A DNA stretch of 64,000 nt from an uncultured Verrucomicrobiae bacterium (GCA_963719495.1 CAVRCI010000004.1:128001-192000); one strand, 5' to 3'. Shown: positions 1 through 10,813, numbered from the stretch's first letter. The notes: generated from the sequence alone by a model not told the origin. A program made the numbers and translations.

Positions 1-1477
1 CGCCGTGGGTTACGTCGTGAAAGGTCATCCGATCGCCCAGGTATCAGGCGGGACGACCGATCGCTTCATCATCGCCGGTGACCTCGCCGACGGGAATTTC
101 GGGGTCAACGGCAACATCGTCGTCGGAGGCACCCGCACTGGACCCGACCGCGAGCCAACCAACGGGAATTCCTTGCGGTTCGTGAATCCAGTCACCTTCG
201 ACGCGGCCGGCAACGTTCCCGACGACGGCAGCGGCACGACGTTCGCCGAACTCCGCGCCGGATTCATTCAGCGCAGCGGCCAGCTCGCCGACCTCGCCGA
301 CCGGGGTGTCGTCGAAAAAGACCTGACACTCCCCTACCGCGCCGATCTCGTCGGCAACGACCCGGAGCTGAACGTTTTCAACGTGACCGCCGCCGAGTGG
401 AGCCGCACCGGGAGTTCGATCAACATCACGGCCCCGGCCGGATCGACCGTTGTGATCAATGTGAGTGGAGGTCCGATCGACATCTCGAACAGCGGGATGC
501 ACCTCGAAGGCATCGATCTCGAGCGCGTGCTCTTCAATTACGCCGACGCGACGGAGCTGAAGACCACGAACTTCGCGCACCTCGGATCCGTCCTGGCCCC
601 GTTCGCCAACGGCGACTTCAACGCCGGGTCGATCGATGGGCGCGCGGTGATCGGTGGAAACTTCCGGAGCATCAACGGCTTCGAGGTTCACAACTTCTTC
701 TTCAACGGCTCGGTGCCGCTTCCATCGGGCCCTCCGACTCCGGCAACGATCGTTTACACCTTCGAGATCGAAAACACCGGCGACGTCGACCTGGAGAACA
801 TCACGATCACGGATCCGATGGTCACCGTTGACGGCGGCCCGATCACGCTTGCCGTCGGCGAGTCGGACACGACGACCTTCACGGCCACCTACTTCCCGAC
901 CGACGCCGAGATCGCAGCGGGCACCATCTCGAACACCGCGACGGTGAACGGTGAGACCGCCGGCGGAGTTGAGCAGGTCTCCGACTCCGACACTTTCGTT
1001 CTCACCTTCCCGGGTGCGGGTGGTGCCACTGGAGGTGCTCCAGCACCAGCGTCTGGTGGTTCCGCCGCGGCTCCCGGTGCCTCGGCTCCCTTGGTCGCCG
1101 TTCCGGTTGCTCCCGGCTCCCGCCCCTTCGCATCGGGCCGGGCTGTGCTGTCGGTCGACGGACGCCAAGCCACCCTCTCGGGTGCCGCGAGCAGCATCAA
1201 CGACGAAGACCAGGCCGACCGGCCGGCCCTCCTCACGGAAGGCAGCAAGAAACGCCGCACGAAAGCCAGCCGCTCGACGATCCGCGGCACGGCCTACAAC
1301 GCCGCCCTGCTCGAGATCAAGACCGACAACGCCAGTTTCAAGCGGGTGAAGGGAACTCCAGCCCGTTGGCGGATCCGCACCGAGCGCCTCGAAGCCGGCC
1401 GCAACGTTGTCAAAATCCGAGCCATTGGTGCGACGGGAGCCTCCCGCCAGACCAAGGTGATCATCATCAAGGAATAA
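1..1477 (+). CDS. Choice-of-anchor-A domain surface protein with a DUF11/DUF7507-like Ig repeat and a basic C-terminal beta domain (5' partial)
   Basis: Motifs NVFNV, STVVINVSG, VLFNY, GSVLAP, EVHNFFFNG, then YTFEIENTGDVDLENITITDP; Gly/Ala/Pro linker; frame is open at the window edge. Confidence 0.7.
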   Translation, partial: AVGYVVKGHPIAQVSGGTTDRFIIAGDLADGNFGVNGNIVVGGTRTGPDREPTNGNSLRFVNPVTFDAAGNVPDDGSGTTFAELRAGFIQRSGQLADLADRGVVEKDLTLPYRADLVGNDPELNVFNVTAAEWSRTGSSINITAPAGSTVVINVSGGPIDISNSGMHLEGIDLERVLFNYADATELKTTNFAHLGSVLAPFANGDFNAGSIDGRAVIGGNFRSINGFEVHNFFFNGSVPLPSGPPTPATIVYTFEIENTGDVDLENITITDPMVTVDGGPITLAVGESDTTTFTATYFPTDAEIAAGTISNTATVNGETAGGVEQVSDSDTFVLTFPGAGGATGGAPAPASGGSAAAPGASAPLVAVPVAPGSRPFASGRAVLSVDGRQATLSGAASSINDEDQADRPALLTEGSKKRRTKASRSTIRGTAYNAALLEIKTDNASFKRVKGTPARWRIRTERLEAGRNVVKIRAIGATGASRQTKVIIIKE

Positions 1478-1663
1478 AGCTGAACGGCAGGGGCGGGATC
1501 CGGCTCGAAGCCAGCGACAAAATTAGGGAATGGGCGCACGAGAGTGCGCCCATTTTGTTTCGCGGCGGTCGAGTTCGTTGGCGTCCGGAAGCTCGAGTCG
1601 ATTACGCCGTGCGGACCAGCCAATCCGCACTGCGGGATTGGTCGTCCTTAAAAGTGAAATGAG

Positions 1664-1811
1664 ACAGGATTTACAGGATTAACAGGATTTACAGGATTAA
1701 CAGGATTAACAGGATGGTCCGAAACGCATCACGAGACAGGGATGGGCCAACCTTTCAGCACGCGGGGATTTTTTTTAGAATGATCGGAAATGAATCCCTT
1801 CAATCCTGTAA
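1664..1811. repeat. 9-bp tandem array ACAGGATT(T/A) x5.8 (1664-1715) with a degenerate inverted arm at 1793-1811
   Basis: Read directly; a related degenerate array is at about 19437-19462. Confidence 0.85.
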
Positions 1812-2057
1812 AGACCGTCCATCCGCGCGTTTCAGGATAAGGAGCGGGTGAGAAGCCAGAGATGTCTCGCTTCGCTCGACATGACAGCGAAAAGAGGGGA
1901 CGGACTCCGGCGCAGCCGAACCAACCAGGGTAGGGATGGTCGCGCCGCGCCATCCGTCGCCATCTCACGGGACGCCCGCGACCACCCAGAAGCGCTCTCC
2001 AAAGGAGCCGCGGATTCGGCGGGCGCGCGACGGTCGCCGGAACGGGATTGGCTGAGG

Positions 2058-2510
2058 CTACTCGCCGCTGAGCGTGTAGGTGGAGTCGAACTCTAGAACG
2101 CGGAGGCTGGTTTCGATGGTGAGGTGGATTTTTCCCTGTTTCGCTTCGGCGTCGTAAGGGGAAAATCGGGCTTCGATTTTACGCTGGTTGTCGGCGATGT
2201 CTTTGCTGGAAACACCTTTTCCGGTGATCGTGCCACCATTTTCGAGGTAGGTTTTGAGGCCTTTGCCGAGGGGAAGGGTGATCCGGCCTTCCTCCGATTT
2301 CGATTCCATCATTGGGACTTTGATCGAATAGGTGCCGATCAGGTCGCCGCCGGCGGCCGACATGGTGCCGACGTTGAGATTGACCTTGGCGACGCGAACG
2401 TAGGTCGAGGTGTCCGCTACTTCGACGGACGGAGATTCCGCGTGGGCGGCAACGGGGACAACGGCCGCAAGCAGACAAAGGGCGAAAGAAATTGGACGAA
2501 GACGGCGCAT
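2058..2510 (-). CDS. Hypothetical secreted protein
   Basis: Signal peptide ending AHA-E; protein-like composition. Confidence 0.6.
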   Translation of the reverse strand: MRRLRPISFALCLLAAVVPVAAHAESPSVEVADTSTYVRVAKVNLNVGTMSAAGGDLIGTYSIKVPMMESKSEEGRITLPLGKGLKTYLENGGTITGKGVSSKDIADNQRKIEARFSPYDAEAKQGKIHLTIETSLRVLEFDSTYTLSGE

Positions 2511-3059
2511 GGCGGACTGTGCTCCGGGTTTGGGCGAAATTCAATGCGGCAGAGTGGGAAGGACGAAACCGATCGAAGGGTCCGCAATCCCTCAGCTTCT
2601 GGCAATCTCGCCGCTCGCTGCTTGCCTGGCGACGCGTCGTTTGATTCTGCCCGTGCGCTGTTTTACCAGCCGCCGCGCGTGAAGACCGAGACTTCGCCCG
2701 ACCCCGCCCCGGCACGGAGCGGATCACTGGCCCGCAAACTGACGATCGCCGCCGGTGGCGGTGTCGCGATTATGATCGGGAGCTCCCACGGCCACGGAAG
2801 CGGCACCCACTCGGTCGTCCTCGCTGCCACTGTCGCCTCCAGCGGCGGTCGCGACGGCCGAGTGAGACGTGGACGGGGACGGAACGGTGGATTTTGGCTT
2901 GGAACATGGCACTCGGGTCGATTCGCGCAACTTCACGCGAGGTTGATCTGTGACCGCGATGACCCTAATGACCGCTGTTTCAGCTTTTTTCGATGATCGG
3001 AATGACGGACGGCTGGTCGCACCGGCTTCGCGGGCGCGCCGAGGGAGTTTTTTGGCAAG

Positions 3060-3293
3060 GTGGTGGAGCTGGACGGCCTCGGTGCGGCCGCGCATTTCGG
3101 CCTGGCGCAGGTGCGTGTGTTGTTGCTTAATCCGCGACGCGAGGGGGTGTTGGATTTGCTGGACGTGAACTACGCGGACGCCGTGGGGGATCCGCGGGCG
3201 GTCACGGAGCGGATGGGCGAGTTTTTGGGCGGGGCCTTCGACGTGGCGGCGCCCGGCGCGGTCGACGAGCGGCTCCGGCACGAGCGGCAGTGA
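3060..3293 (+). pseudogene. Probable C-terminal remnant of a sulfotransferase-family protein
   Basis: LDVNYADAVGDP..R..EFLG..DV....VD.RLRHER resembles sulfotransferase C-termini; in-frame stop at 3003 upstream. Confidence 0.35.
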
Positions 3294-3355
3294 GGGGCTG
3301 ATTTTTCTTCAGGAATTTACCGGCGCTCACAGAGCGCCGCCGCAGGCCTCCTGGC

Positions 3356-4216
3356 CTACCGTTTGCGTTGGCGGGAGCCGGGGCGTTCGGTGGAGGCAGG
3401 TTCGAACTCGGGGAGTTCGTAGCCGGGCCGCCGCGGTTCGCTGGTGCGGATTTTTCCGGAGCCGGGACGTTTCGCGATCATGGCTTGCTCGGCGGGGATC
3501 CAGCCTTGCTGGAAGGAATATTCGGAGAGCGTGGCGGTGATCTCGCGGGCGGTGCGGCGGATGTCGGCGGTGAGGCCGGGCAGGATGCCGATGCCGGCTC
3601 CGACGGCGACACGTCCAGCTCCGAGGACGGCCTGGGCACCGGTGGCGATGGTGAGGCCGGCGACTCCGCCGGGGCCGAGGGCGACGAGGGCGGTGAGGTT
3701 GGGCGCGGCCCCCGGGGGGGCGTTCGATCCTCCGCTGGTTCGGATCGACATGACGGGCTCGAGCTGGGGGGTGGAAAGGTCGTAAACGATGGAGGTGGTG
3801 ACGACTTTGGTCCCGCCGAGGCCGAACCCGACGAGGGCGCGCAGGGCGCGGCTCCCCTGCTCGACGCGATCGAATTGTCCGACGATCAGCCAGGCGTTGG
3901 ATCGGGGAAGCTCGCTGGGGTCGGCGATGATCTCGGTGGGAACGAGGTTGGCGTCGATCTGTTGGGCCAGGTCTTCGGCGAGGTGGCCGATGATGTCGTC
4001 CTGGAAGGCGGCGAGCTCCTGGCCGTCGCGGTCGGCCCGGATATTCGCGGCAGGCGCGGTGAAGGGGGCGATGTAGATGCGCTCGGGCTTGGTCGCGGGA
4101 TGGCTCGCGACATTGCTGCGGGGGGTCACCGAAGCGCAGCCAATCGTGACGAAAGCCACGACGAGCGCGAACGAAAGGTCGCGGAAAATGGAGAGCGGTG
4201 GGCGTTTGGGGGTCAT
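3356..4216 (-). CDS. DUF4410-like lipoprotein
   Basis: Lipobox-like TIGC; motif VEQGSRALRALVGFGLGGTKV. Confidence 0.65.
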   Translation of the reverse strand: MTPKRPPLSIFRDLSFALVVAFVTIGCASVTPRSNVASHPATKPERIYIAPFTAPAANIRADRDGQELAAFQDDIIGHLAEDLAQQIDANLVPTEIIADPSELPRSNAWLIVGQFDRVEQGSRALRALVGFGLGGTKVVTTSIVYDLSTPQLEPVMSIRTSGGSNAPPGAAPNLTALVALGPGGVAGLTIATGAQAVLGAGRVAVGAGIGILPGLTADIRRTAREITATLSEYSFQQGWIPAEQAMIAKRPGSGKIRTSEPRRPGYELPEFEPASTERPGSRQRKR

Positions 4217-4506
4217 CGGCTGCGGGAATCCGAACCCGGAAGGCAAGCGGCGTCAATCCTCGATGGCTCTTGGCGGGCCTTGGCGGGAAGCGGCGGGCTC
4301 TCCCGATTCGTTTTCGAAGGTTCGCCCGAAGCTTGATTCCCGGGTGAACATTCGGGTGATCCAGGGCGCGGACGATCTCGGCGGCGGAAGGTTTGACGCT
4401 CCGCGTTCGGTGATGGGCATCGGGTCCGGTGGCCGACGGACCCACCCGAAGCTACGGGCAGGATCCCGGTTTTCCCCCGCGGCTTTTCCTGTGGTAGCGT
4501 CCGGCG

Positions 4507-5673
4507 ATGCGGATTGCGGTGATCGGGTGTGGGATTGCGGGACCGGCGGCGGCGGTTCTCCTGGCGCGGGCGGGGCACGCGGTGGAGATCTTCGAGCGGT
4601 CGCCGACGCTGGGACCGGTCGGGGCGGGAATTCTCATTCAGCCGCCGGGGATGGCGGTGCTGCGGCGGCTGGGGTGCGGGGATGAGGTGATGCGATTGGG
4701 TGGTCGGGTGCGGCGGCTGAGCGGGTATCGACCGGATGGGCGGGTGGTGCTGGACTTGCCGTTTCCGGAGGATGGTCGGGCGGCGGTGGGGATTCATCGC
4801 GGGTGCCTCTTCGGGATGCTGCACGCGATGCTGCCGGGGGCGGGGGTGGTGGTGCAGACGGACGCCGACGTGGCTCGGGTGGTGGGAGATGTGGTCGAGC
4901 TGGCGGGCGGGGAGCGGGTGGGAGGGTTCGATCTGGTCGTGGTGGCGGACGGGGCGAACGCGCGGACGATCTGCGCGGGCTGGCGGGAGGAGGAGCCGCG
5001 GGCGCAGCGTTGGGGGGCTTGGTGGATGAGTCTGCCGGACCCGGGGCGGACGTTTCCGGAGACTTTGCACCAAATTTACGCGGGCCCGTCGAAGCTGATG
5101 GGCGTGCTGCCGACGGGGATATCGGAGGATGGGACGACGCCGAGTGTGAGCGTCTTCTGGGGGATTCGGATGGATCGGGCGGAGGCGTGGCGGGCGGCGG
5201 GGGTGGCGGCGTGCCGGCGGGAAATGCTGACGATGGATCCGCGGATGGCGGGAATGCTGGAGGGGCTGCGCGAGGTGGGGCAGATGACCCTGGCTCGGTA
5301 TTACGACCGGCTGCCGCGGCGGTGGTCGCGGGGGCGGGTGGTTCTCATCGGCGACGCGGCGCACGCGATGAGTCCGCATCTGGGGCAGGGTGCGAATCTG
5401 GCGCTGCAGGATGCGGCGGGGTTGGCGGATGCGGTCGAGGGCGAAGCGAAGTTGGAGGTGGGATTGCGCCGGTATTGGGCGGCGCGATTCGGGCACGTGC
5501 GGATGTATTCGCGGTTCTCGCGGTGGATGACCCCGTTTTTTCAGTCGGATCGGGCCGGGATCGCGGCGGCGCGTGATCTCGGGATGCCGGTGGTGACGTC
5601 GGTGCCGTGGATGCGGGAGCGGACGTTGCGGGTGCTGCGCGGCGAAGTGCGGCGGTGGCGGGACCTGGTGTGA
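4507..5673 (+). CDS. FAD-dependent monooxygenase (UbiH/salicylate hydroxylase-like)
   Basis: GCGIAG, ADGANA and LIGDAAHAMSPHLGQGANLALQDA fingerprints. Confidence 0.9.
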   Translation: MRIAVIGCGIAGPAAAVLLARAGHAVEIFERSPTLGPVGAGILIQPPGMAVLRRLGCGDEVMRLGGRVRRLSGYRPDGRVVLDLPFPEDGRAAVGIHRGCLFGMLHAMLPGAGVVVQTDADVARVVGDVVELAGGERVGGFDLVVVADGANARTICAGWREEEPRAQRWGAWWMSLPDPGRTFPETLHQIYAGPSKLMGVLPTGISEDGTTPSVSVFWGIRMDRAEAWRAAGVAACRREMLTMDPRMAGMLEGLREVGQMTLARYYDRLPRRWSRGRVVLIGDAAHAMSPHLGQGANLALQDAAGLADAVEGEAKLEVGLRRYWAARFGHVRMYSRFSRWMTPFFQSDRAGIAAARDLGMPVVTSVPWMRERTLRVLRGEVRRWRDLV

Positions 5674-6095
5674 GGGAAATGCGAACCACGGATGGAGATG
5701 GATGGACGCGGATGAACTCGGAATGGATCCAATCGTCGGATCTTCGTCGAGCGAGGGATCGGGCGGCTCGGGTGCAATGGAACGGCTCGGCGGGAGCCTC
5801 GCCCTCCGGTTGGGACTGAGTTGGGGTCCCAGCTGACGTCGGCTTCGATGCCGCCGACCCAGCCGGCGATGAGGTTGTCGATGAGGCCGTAGATGACGGG
5901 GAAGATGATGGCCGCGACAACCGCGAAGATGAGGATGATGGTGCCGGGCAGACCGGTCTCGGAGGATGGTGCCATGGCTGCGATCACGCCGAAAATCAGG
6001 ATGAACGGCGCGAAGAGGAGCGTGCCGAGGGCGTAAACGGCTCCGAAGATCTTGCCGAATTGGACGGGGGCGATGCGGTTGAGGGTTTTCTTCAT
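5541..6095 (-). CDS. Small membrane protein (DUF3566-like), possibly degenerate; reads through a REP
   Basis: Hydrophobic helices ending NLIAGWVGGIEADV, then a low-quality tail across a REP that overlaps the convergent gene. Confidence 0.45.
   Translation of the reverse strand: MKKTLNRIAPVQFGKIFGAVYALGTLLFAPFILIFGVIAAMAPSSETGLPGTIILIFAVVAAIIFPVIYGLIDNLIAGWVGGIEADVSWDPNSVPTGGRGSRRAVPLHPSRPIPRSTKIRRLDPFRVHPRPSISIRGSHFPHTRSRHRRTSPRSTRNVRSRIHGTDVTTGIPRSRAAAIPARSD
5782..5807 (+). repeat. REP family B (ACGGCTCGGCGGGAGCCTCGCCCTCC); identical copies at 12115-12140 and 47115-47140
   Basis: Three exact 26-bp copies in the same orientation. Confidence 0.9.
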
Positions 6096-6178
6096 GGTGG
6101 GCCTGTAGCGGTCTTTGCCTCGCGGGGGAATTGCTGACGGCTTGCGGGGGCGGGGTTTGTGTTGGATAAGTAAATCTA

Positions 6179-7306
6179 ATGAACCGCCGACTTCTCGCGC
6201 CCGAGCTGCATCCCATCATGGACAAGGTGGAGGCGGGGGAACGGATCTCCGACGCGGATGGCCTCGTTCTCTACCGGTCGAACGATCTGAACGGGATCGG
6301 AGTCATCGCGAACGTGGTGCGGGAGCGGATCAACGGGAACGTGGCGACCTACATTCACAACCGTTACATCAACTATTCGAACGTCTGCATTCTGCAGTGC
6401 CAGTTCTGCGCCTTCGGGGCGAAGAAGCGGGAGGATCACGCGTTCGAGCAGTCGATTCCGGAGATCATCGCGACGGTGCGGGAGGGGCTGGCGGAGGGCA
6501 TTACGGAGATTCACATGGTCGGGGGGCTTCATCCGAGCTTGGGACCGGATTGGTATCTGGAGTTGCTGCGGAGTCTGAAGGCGCTGGATCCGGGGCTTTA
6601 CGTGAAGGCTTTCACGGCGGTGGAAATGCGGCATCTGGCGTTTCGGATTTTTAAGAAGCCGCTGCGGGAGACGATGGAGATTCTGATCGAGGCCGGGTTG
6701 GGCGCGATCACGGGGGGCGGGGCGGAGATTTTCGATCAGGGTGTGCGGGATCAGATTTGCCGGGGGAAGGAGACGGCGGACGAGTGGGCGGAGGTGCATC
6801 GGACGTGGCACGAGCTGGGTCAGCGGAGCACCTGCACGATGCTTTACGGACACATCGAGACGGACGAGCAGCGGGTGGATCATTTGCGGAGGCTGCGGGA
6901 ATTGCAGGATGAGACGGGGGGATTCACGGGGTTCGTTCCGTTTGCGTTCGAGCCGGACGGGGCGCGCCCGATGTTGCGGGACATCCCGCACGCGACGGGG
7001 TTCGAGGAGTTGCGGAACCTGGCGGTGAGCCGGATCTACCTGGATAACATCGCGCACATCACGGCGTATTGGATCAGCCTGGGGCTGCCGCTGGCGCAGG
7101 TGTCGCTGAATTACGGGGTGGACGATCTGCATGGGACGATCATCGAGGAGAAGATCTTTCACATGGCGGGGGCGACGACGCCGCAGCAGCAGACGATGTA
7201 TGCGCTGGAAAAGGCGATCCGCGAGGCGGGGCGGGAGCCGATGCAGCGGAATACGTATTACCAGCGGATCAGTCCGGAGCTGGCGGAGCCGATGCTCGTG
7301 GCTTGA
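6179..7306 (+). CDS. mqnE: Aminofutalosine synthase (radical SAM)
   Basis: YINYSNVCILQCQFCAF (CxxxCxxC), GGGAEIF, TMLYGHIE, HITAYW, GVDDLHGTIIEEKI; adjacent to mqnA. Confidence 0.88.
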   Translation: MNRRLLAPELHPIMDKVEAGERISDADGLVLYRSNDLNGIGVIANVVRERINGNVATYIHNRYINYSNVCILQCQFCAFGAKKREDHAFEQSIPEIIATVREGLAEGITEIHMVGGLHPSLGPDWYLELLRSLKALDPGLYVKAFTAVEMRHLAFRIFKKPLRETMEILIEAGLGAITGGGAEIFDQGVRDQICRGKETADEWAEVHRTWHELGQRSTCTMLYGHIETDEQRVDHLRRLRELQDETGGFTGFVPFAFEPDGARPMLRDIPHATGFEELRNLAVSRIYLDNIAHITAYWISLGLPLAQVSLNYGVDDLHGTIIEEKIFHMAGATTPQQQTMYALEKAIREAGREPMQRNTYYQRISPELAEPMLVA

Positions 7307-7389
7307 GTCCGGGGGATGAGGTCGGTTGGTGTGAGGGTGATTTGCCCGCGAATGGACGCGAATGGACGCGAATGGGGTGAGGGGGCTTG

Positions 7390-8145
7390 GTGAGCGGGCG
7401 GGATTGGCGGATCGGGTCGGTGCCTTATCTCAACGCCCGGCCTTTGATCGAGACCTTGGGGGGTGGGGTGGAGCTGGCGGTGCCGCGGGAGCTGGGGGTG
7501 CGGTTTGGTGGTGGGGAATTCGACGCGGCCTTGGTGCCGATCTTCGTGGCGCTGGAGCGTGGGGGTGGGCGGATCGTGGATGGGGTGGCGATCGGCTGCG
7601 ACGGGGCGGTTTACAGCGTTTTTCTGGCTTACCGGGGGGAGTTGGCGGCGGTGCGGTCGATTGCGATGGACCCGGCTTCGCGGACCTCGGCGAATTTGTT
7701 GCGGTGTCTGCTGTGGGAATTTCGGGGGATGGAATTCGAGGAGACCAGGGAAGTGGTCGCGGAGGATCAGGCGCGATTGATCATCGGAGATCCGGCGATT
7801 GAATTTCGCGCCGCGCATCCGGATTGGAATTATTTGGACCTCGGCGAGGAATGGAAGCGTTGGACGGGGCTGCCGTTTGTCTTTGCCTGCTGGGTGCTGG
7901 GGGATGACGTGGCGGACGCTGAGGGGTTGGCGGATTGGTTGCGGGAGGCGAAGCGGGGTGGGATGGCTCGGATCGGAGAGATTGCGGCGCGGGCGGATAA
8001 TCCGGAGTTTGCGCAGCGGTATTTGACCGAGTATCTGCGGTTCGAACTCGGCGAATCGGAGCGGCGGGCGATGGCTTTGTTCGCGGACCTGTGCGGACTG
8101 CACGGACTCGTTCCGGATGGTCGGGTGCGCTTGCGGGCGGTTTAG
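7390..8145 (+). CDS. mqnA: Chorismate dehydratase (futalosine pathway)
   Basis: [42 protein letters not shown]. Confidence 0.9.
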   Translation: MSGRDWRIGSVPYLNARPLIETLGGGVELAVPRELGVRFGGGEFDAALVPIFVALERGGGRIVDGVAIGCDGAVYSVFLAYRGELAAVRSIAMDPASRTSANLLRCLLWEFRGMEFEETREVVAEDQARLIIGDPAIEFRAAHPDWNYLDLGEEWKRWTGLPFVFACWVLGDDVADAEGLADWLREAKRGGMARIGEIAARADNPEFAQRYLTEYLRFELGESERRAMALFADLCGLHGLVPDGRVRLRAV

Positions 8146-8206
8146 ATCGGATCGGATTGGCCTCGGGTTGCAATTGCCGGGGATCTCGGCAGACTGCAGG
8201 GATCAT

Positions 8207-9187
8207 ATGAAAGCTCCCATTAAAGTTGCGGTGACCGGTGCGGCCGGTCAGATCGGATATTCACTTCTGCCCCGGATCGCGTCGGGCGGGGTGTTCGGGC
8301 CGGATCAGCCGGTCGAGTTGAGTCTCATCGAGATCGAGCCGGGGATGAAGGCGCTCGAGGGGGTGATCATGGAACTGCTTGATTGCGCGTTTCCGCTGCT
8401 GACGGGCGTGAACGGGACTTCGGATCTGGACGCCGGATTCGACGGGGTGAATTGGTCCCTGCTCGTCGGCAGTGTGCCGCGGAAGGCGGGGATGGAGCGG
8501 AAGGATCTGCTCGGGATCAACGGGAAGATCTTCGTGGGTCAGGGTGCGGCCATCGCGAAGAACGCGGCTTCGGACGTGCGGGTGCTGGTCGTGGGGAATC
8601 CGTGCAACACGAACTGCCTCATCGCGATGAACAACGGGAAGGATGTGCCGGCGGACCGGTGGTTTGCGATGACGCGGCTCGACGAGAATCGGGCGAAGAC
8701 GCAGCTCGCGCTGAAGGCGGGGGTGCATTGGAGCGAGGTGGACCGGATGGTGATCTGGGGGAATCATTCGGCGACGCTTTATCCGGACTTTGGAAACGCT
8801 CGGATCGGCGGGAACGCGGTGAGCGATGTGATCAAGGATGGCGAATGGCTCGAGGGTGAATTCATCAAGACGGTGCAGCAGCGGGGGGCGGCGATCATCG
8901 CGGCGCGGGGGCTCTCGTCGGCGGCTTCGGCGGCGCACGCGGCCATCGAAACGGTGCAGTCGATCGTGCAACCGACGCCGGGCGACGACTGGCACAGCGT
9001 GGCGGTTTGCTCGGATGGGAGTTACGGCATCGACGAGGGGTTGATGTGCTCGTTCCCGGTGCGGTCGGATGGGGAGAAACTCGAGATCGTGCCGGGCGTG
9101 GAGTTGTCGGAGTTTAGCCAAGCGAAGGTGAGCGCGACGGTGGATGAGTTGCGGCAGGAGCGGGAGATGGTCGCGGAGTTGCTGTGA
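8207..9187 (+). CDS. mdh: Malate dehydrogenase
   Basis: [40 protein letters not shown]. Confidence 0.95.
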   Translation: MKAPIKVAVTGAAGQIGYSLLPRIASGGVFGPDQPVELSLIEIEPGMKALEGVIMELLDCAFPLLTGVNGTSDLDAGFDGVNWSLLVGSVPRKAGMERKDLLGINGKIFVGQGAAIAKNAASDVRVLVVGNPCNTNCLIAMNNGKDVPADRWFAMTRLDENRAKTQLALKAGVHWSEVDRMVIWGNHSATLYPDFGNARIGGNAVSDVIKDGEWLEGEFIKTVQQRGAAIIAARGLSSAASAAHAAIETVQSIVQPTPGDDWHSVAVCSDGSYGIDEGLMCSFPVRSDGEKLEIVPGVELSEFSQAKVSATVDELRQEREMVAELL

Positions 9188-9233
9188 GAGTTTTTGGGGG
9201 GGAAGTGCCGCTTCGCGGGGTTGGGTCGGCTTC

Positions 9234-9340
9234 CGAGCTGGAAGCTCGAAAGTGCGAGCTGGAAGCTCGCGGTCCCCACGCGGTCCCCACGCGGTCCCCA
9301 CGCGGTCCCCACGCGGTCCACGCGCGGTCCACGCGGTTCC
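9234..9340 (+). repeat. Two REP family C hairpins (CGAGCTGGAAGCTCG) followed by an 11-bp tandem GCGGTCCCCAC x4 and degenerate copies
   Basis: Read directly. CTGGAAG-loop hairpins also occur at about 14086-14131, 24190-24211, 34028-34049, 35172-35219, 60063-60100 and 63207-63223. Confidence 0.85.
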
Positions 9341-9381
9341 CGCGTGGTCGCTGGTGACTTGGCGGTTCCTGGTGACTTGAG

Positions 9382-9720
9382 ATGATGGCTTTTCGGTTGG
9401 CGGCGGGTTTGGGGTTGCTGGGCGTGGTGCTTGGAGCTTTTGGCGCGCATGGGTTGAAGGCGCAATTGGCGGCTTTTGGGACGGAGCCGTTTTGGGAAAC
9501 GGCGGTGATCTACCACCTGGTGCACGCGGTGGCGCTGCTGGCGGTGGCGGAGCGGGCGTCGGTGCTGGTGACGTGGCTCTGGGTCGGTGGCGTGGCCGTT
9601 TTTTCCGGGAGCCTCTACGTGTTGGCGGTGACGGATCTGCGGTGGTTGGGCGCGATCACGCCGATTGGCGGGGTGGCGTTGATTGCCGGATGGGCGCTTC
9701 TGTTGGTGCGCGGACGGTGA
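9382..9720 (+). CDS. DUF423 (YgdD/TMEM256) membrane protein
   Basis: LGAFGAHGL, TAVIYHLVHA, FSGSLY, LGAITPIGG. Confidence 0.9.
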   Translation: MMAFRLAAGLGLLGVVLGAFGAHGLKAQLAAFGTEPFWETAVIYHLVHAVALLAVAERASVLVTWLWVGGVAVFSGSLYVLAVTDLRWLGAITPIGGVALIAGWALLLVRGR

Positions 9721-10139
9721 TGACGGCGTTCGAACGGATCGAGGTGCGGACCTCGGGGAAGGGGACTTACGAGATCACCGGCGAAGTGGAGCGGGTCGTC
9801 AGGGAGAGTGGGGTGGCGACGGGGATTGTGACGGTGTTCCTGCGGCACACGAGTGCGAGTTTGGTGATCTACGAGAATGCGGATCGGTCGGCGCGGGAGG
9901 ATTTGCACCGTTATTTCGAGAAGTTGGTGCCGGAGGACGATCCGGATTGGGTTCACACGATGGAGGGGCCGGATGATACGACGAGTCACTTGCGGATGGC
10001 GCTCACTCGGTCGAGTGAGACGGTGCCGGTGAACGGCGGGCGCATGACCCTGGGGACTTGGCAGGGAATTTTTGTTTTCGAACACCGGCGGGCCGGGCAT
10101 CAGCGGTCGGTGGACGTGGTGGTGGTGGGGGAGTCGTGA
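9720..10139 (+). CDS. yjbQ: YjbQ/UPF0047 family protein
   Basis: HTSASL..YENAD, HTMEGPDD..SH, LGTWQGIFVFEHR. Confidence 0.9.
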   Translation: MTAFERIEVRTSGKGTYEITGEVERVVRESGVATGIVTVFLRHTSASLVIYENADRSAREDLHRYFEKLVPEDDPDWVHTMEGPDDTTSHLRMALTRSSETVPVNGGRMTLGTWQGIFVFEHRRAGHQRSVDVVVVGES

Positions 10140-10211
10140 GGGGTGAGGGATATGATGGGCTTCGCCCATTCGGGTTGGGTCGGCGATTGAAAATCGCCGC
10201 TCCTTGAGTTT

Positions 10212-10290
10212 CGGCTCTCTCGCTTCGCTCGATTTGCCTGGAGATGCGGCGGGACGCCGCATCTCGCACGCGGGGACGCGTGCGTTCCCC
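10212..10290 (+). repeat. REP family A (double hairpin GATGCGGCGGGACGCCGCATC + CGCACGCGGGGACGCGTGCG); copies at 21941-22066, 38162-38239, 58400-58478 and 63136-63206
   Basis: Five intergenic copies, all in + orientation; the 21.9 kb copy has its last 30-bp unit triplicated. Confidence 0.92.
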
Positions 10291-10763
10291 TACAAGTTCT
10301 TGAGGAAGCTTCGGAGCATCCAGAGGGTCTTTTCGTGGACGCGAAGGCGGCCGATGGCTAGGTCCTGCGTTTCAAGATCACCGGCTTTCTCCGCTTCGTT
10401 GCGGAGGGTGGTGAGGTTGGCCTCGGTCAACTCGTTGGCTTCGACAAGGGCGGCGACGTAGTCCTTGGCCGGCGTTGCGCCGATCGTCAGTTCGTCGATG
10501 TGGGACATCTTGCCGAGCATTTTGAGACCGCCGGGGGCGTATTCGTCGAGGGCGCGGAGGCGCTCGGCGAGGTCGTCGACGGCGATGAAAAGCTCTTCGT
10601 ATTGGGTCTGAAAGGCGGCGTGGAGGGAGAAGAAATGCTCGCCTTCAACGTTCCAATGGGCGACGTGGGTCTGGCCCATGAGCGCGTAGGTGTCCGCGAT
10701 GCAGGTGCGGAGGGCTTCGTTGACGGCGGTGGATTCTTTTTGGGTGAGGGTGTCGGTAGGCAT
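10290..10763 (-). CDS. dps: Dps ferritin-like DNA protection protein
   Basis: HWNVEG..FFSLH..F..QYEEL...DDLAERLRAL; HEKTLWMLRS. Confidence 0.92.
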   Translation of the reverse strand: MPTDTLTQKESTAVNEALRTCIADTYALMGQTHVAHWNVEGEHFFSLHAAFQTQYEELFIAVDDLAERLRALDEYAPGGLKMLGKMSHIDELTIGATPAKDYVAALVEANELTEANLTTLRNEAEKAGDLETQDLAIGRLRVHEKTLWMLRSFLKNL

Positions 10764-10813
10764 GTCGATTTCGTTTTGTTTGGGCACTCTATCGAATTGG
10801 TGCAATTTGTCGA

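Noticed and set aside
2679..2996. Possible small membrane-protein gene (RKLTIAAGGGVAIMIG...)
   Set aside because: Only a short hydrophobic patch followed by low-complexity sequence; not enough support for a call
9269..9340. 11-bp tandem repeat as a CRISPR or iteron array
   Set aside because: Contiguous with no spacers, derived from the adjacent REP tail, and no replication gene nearby
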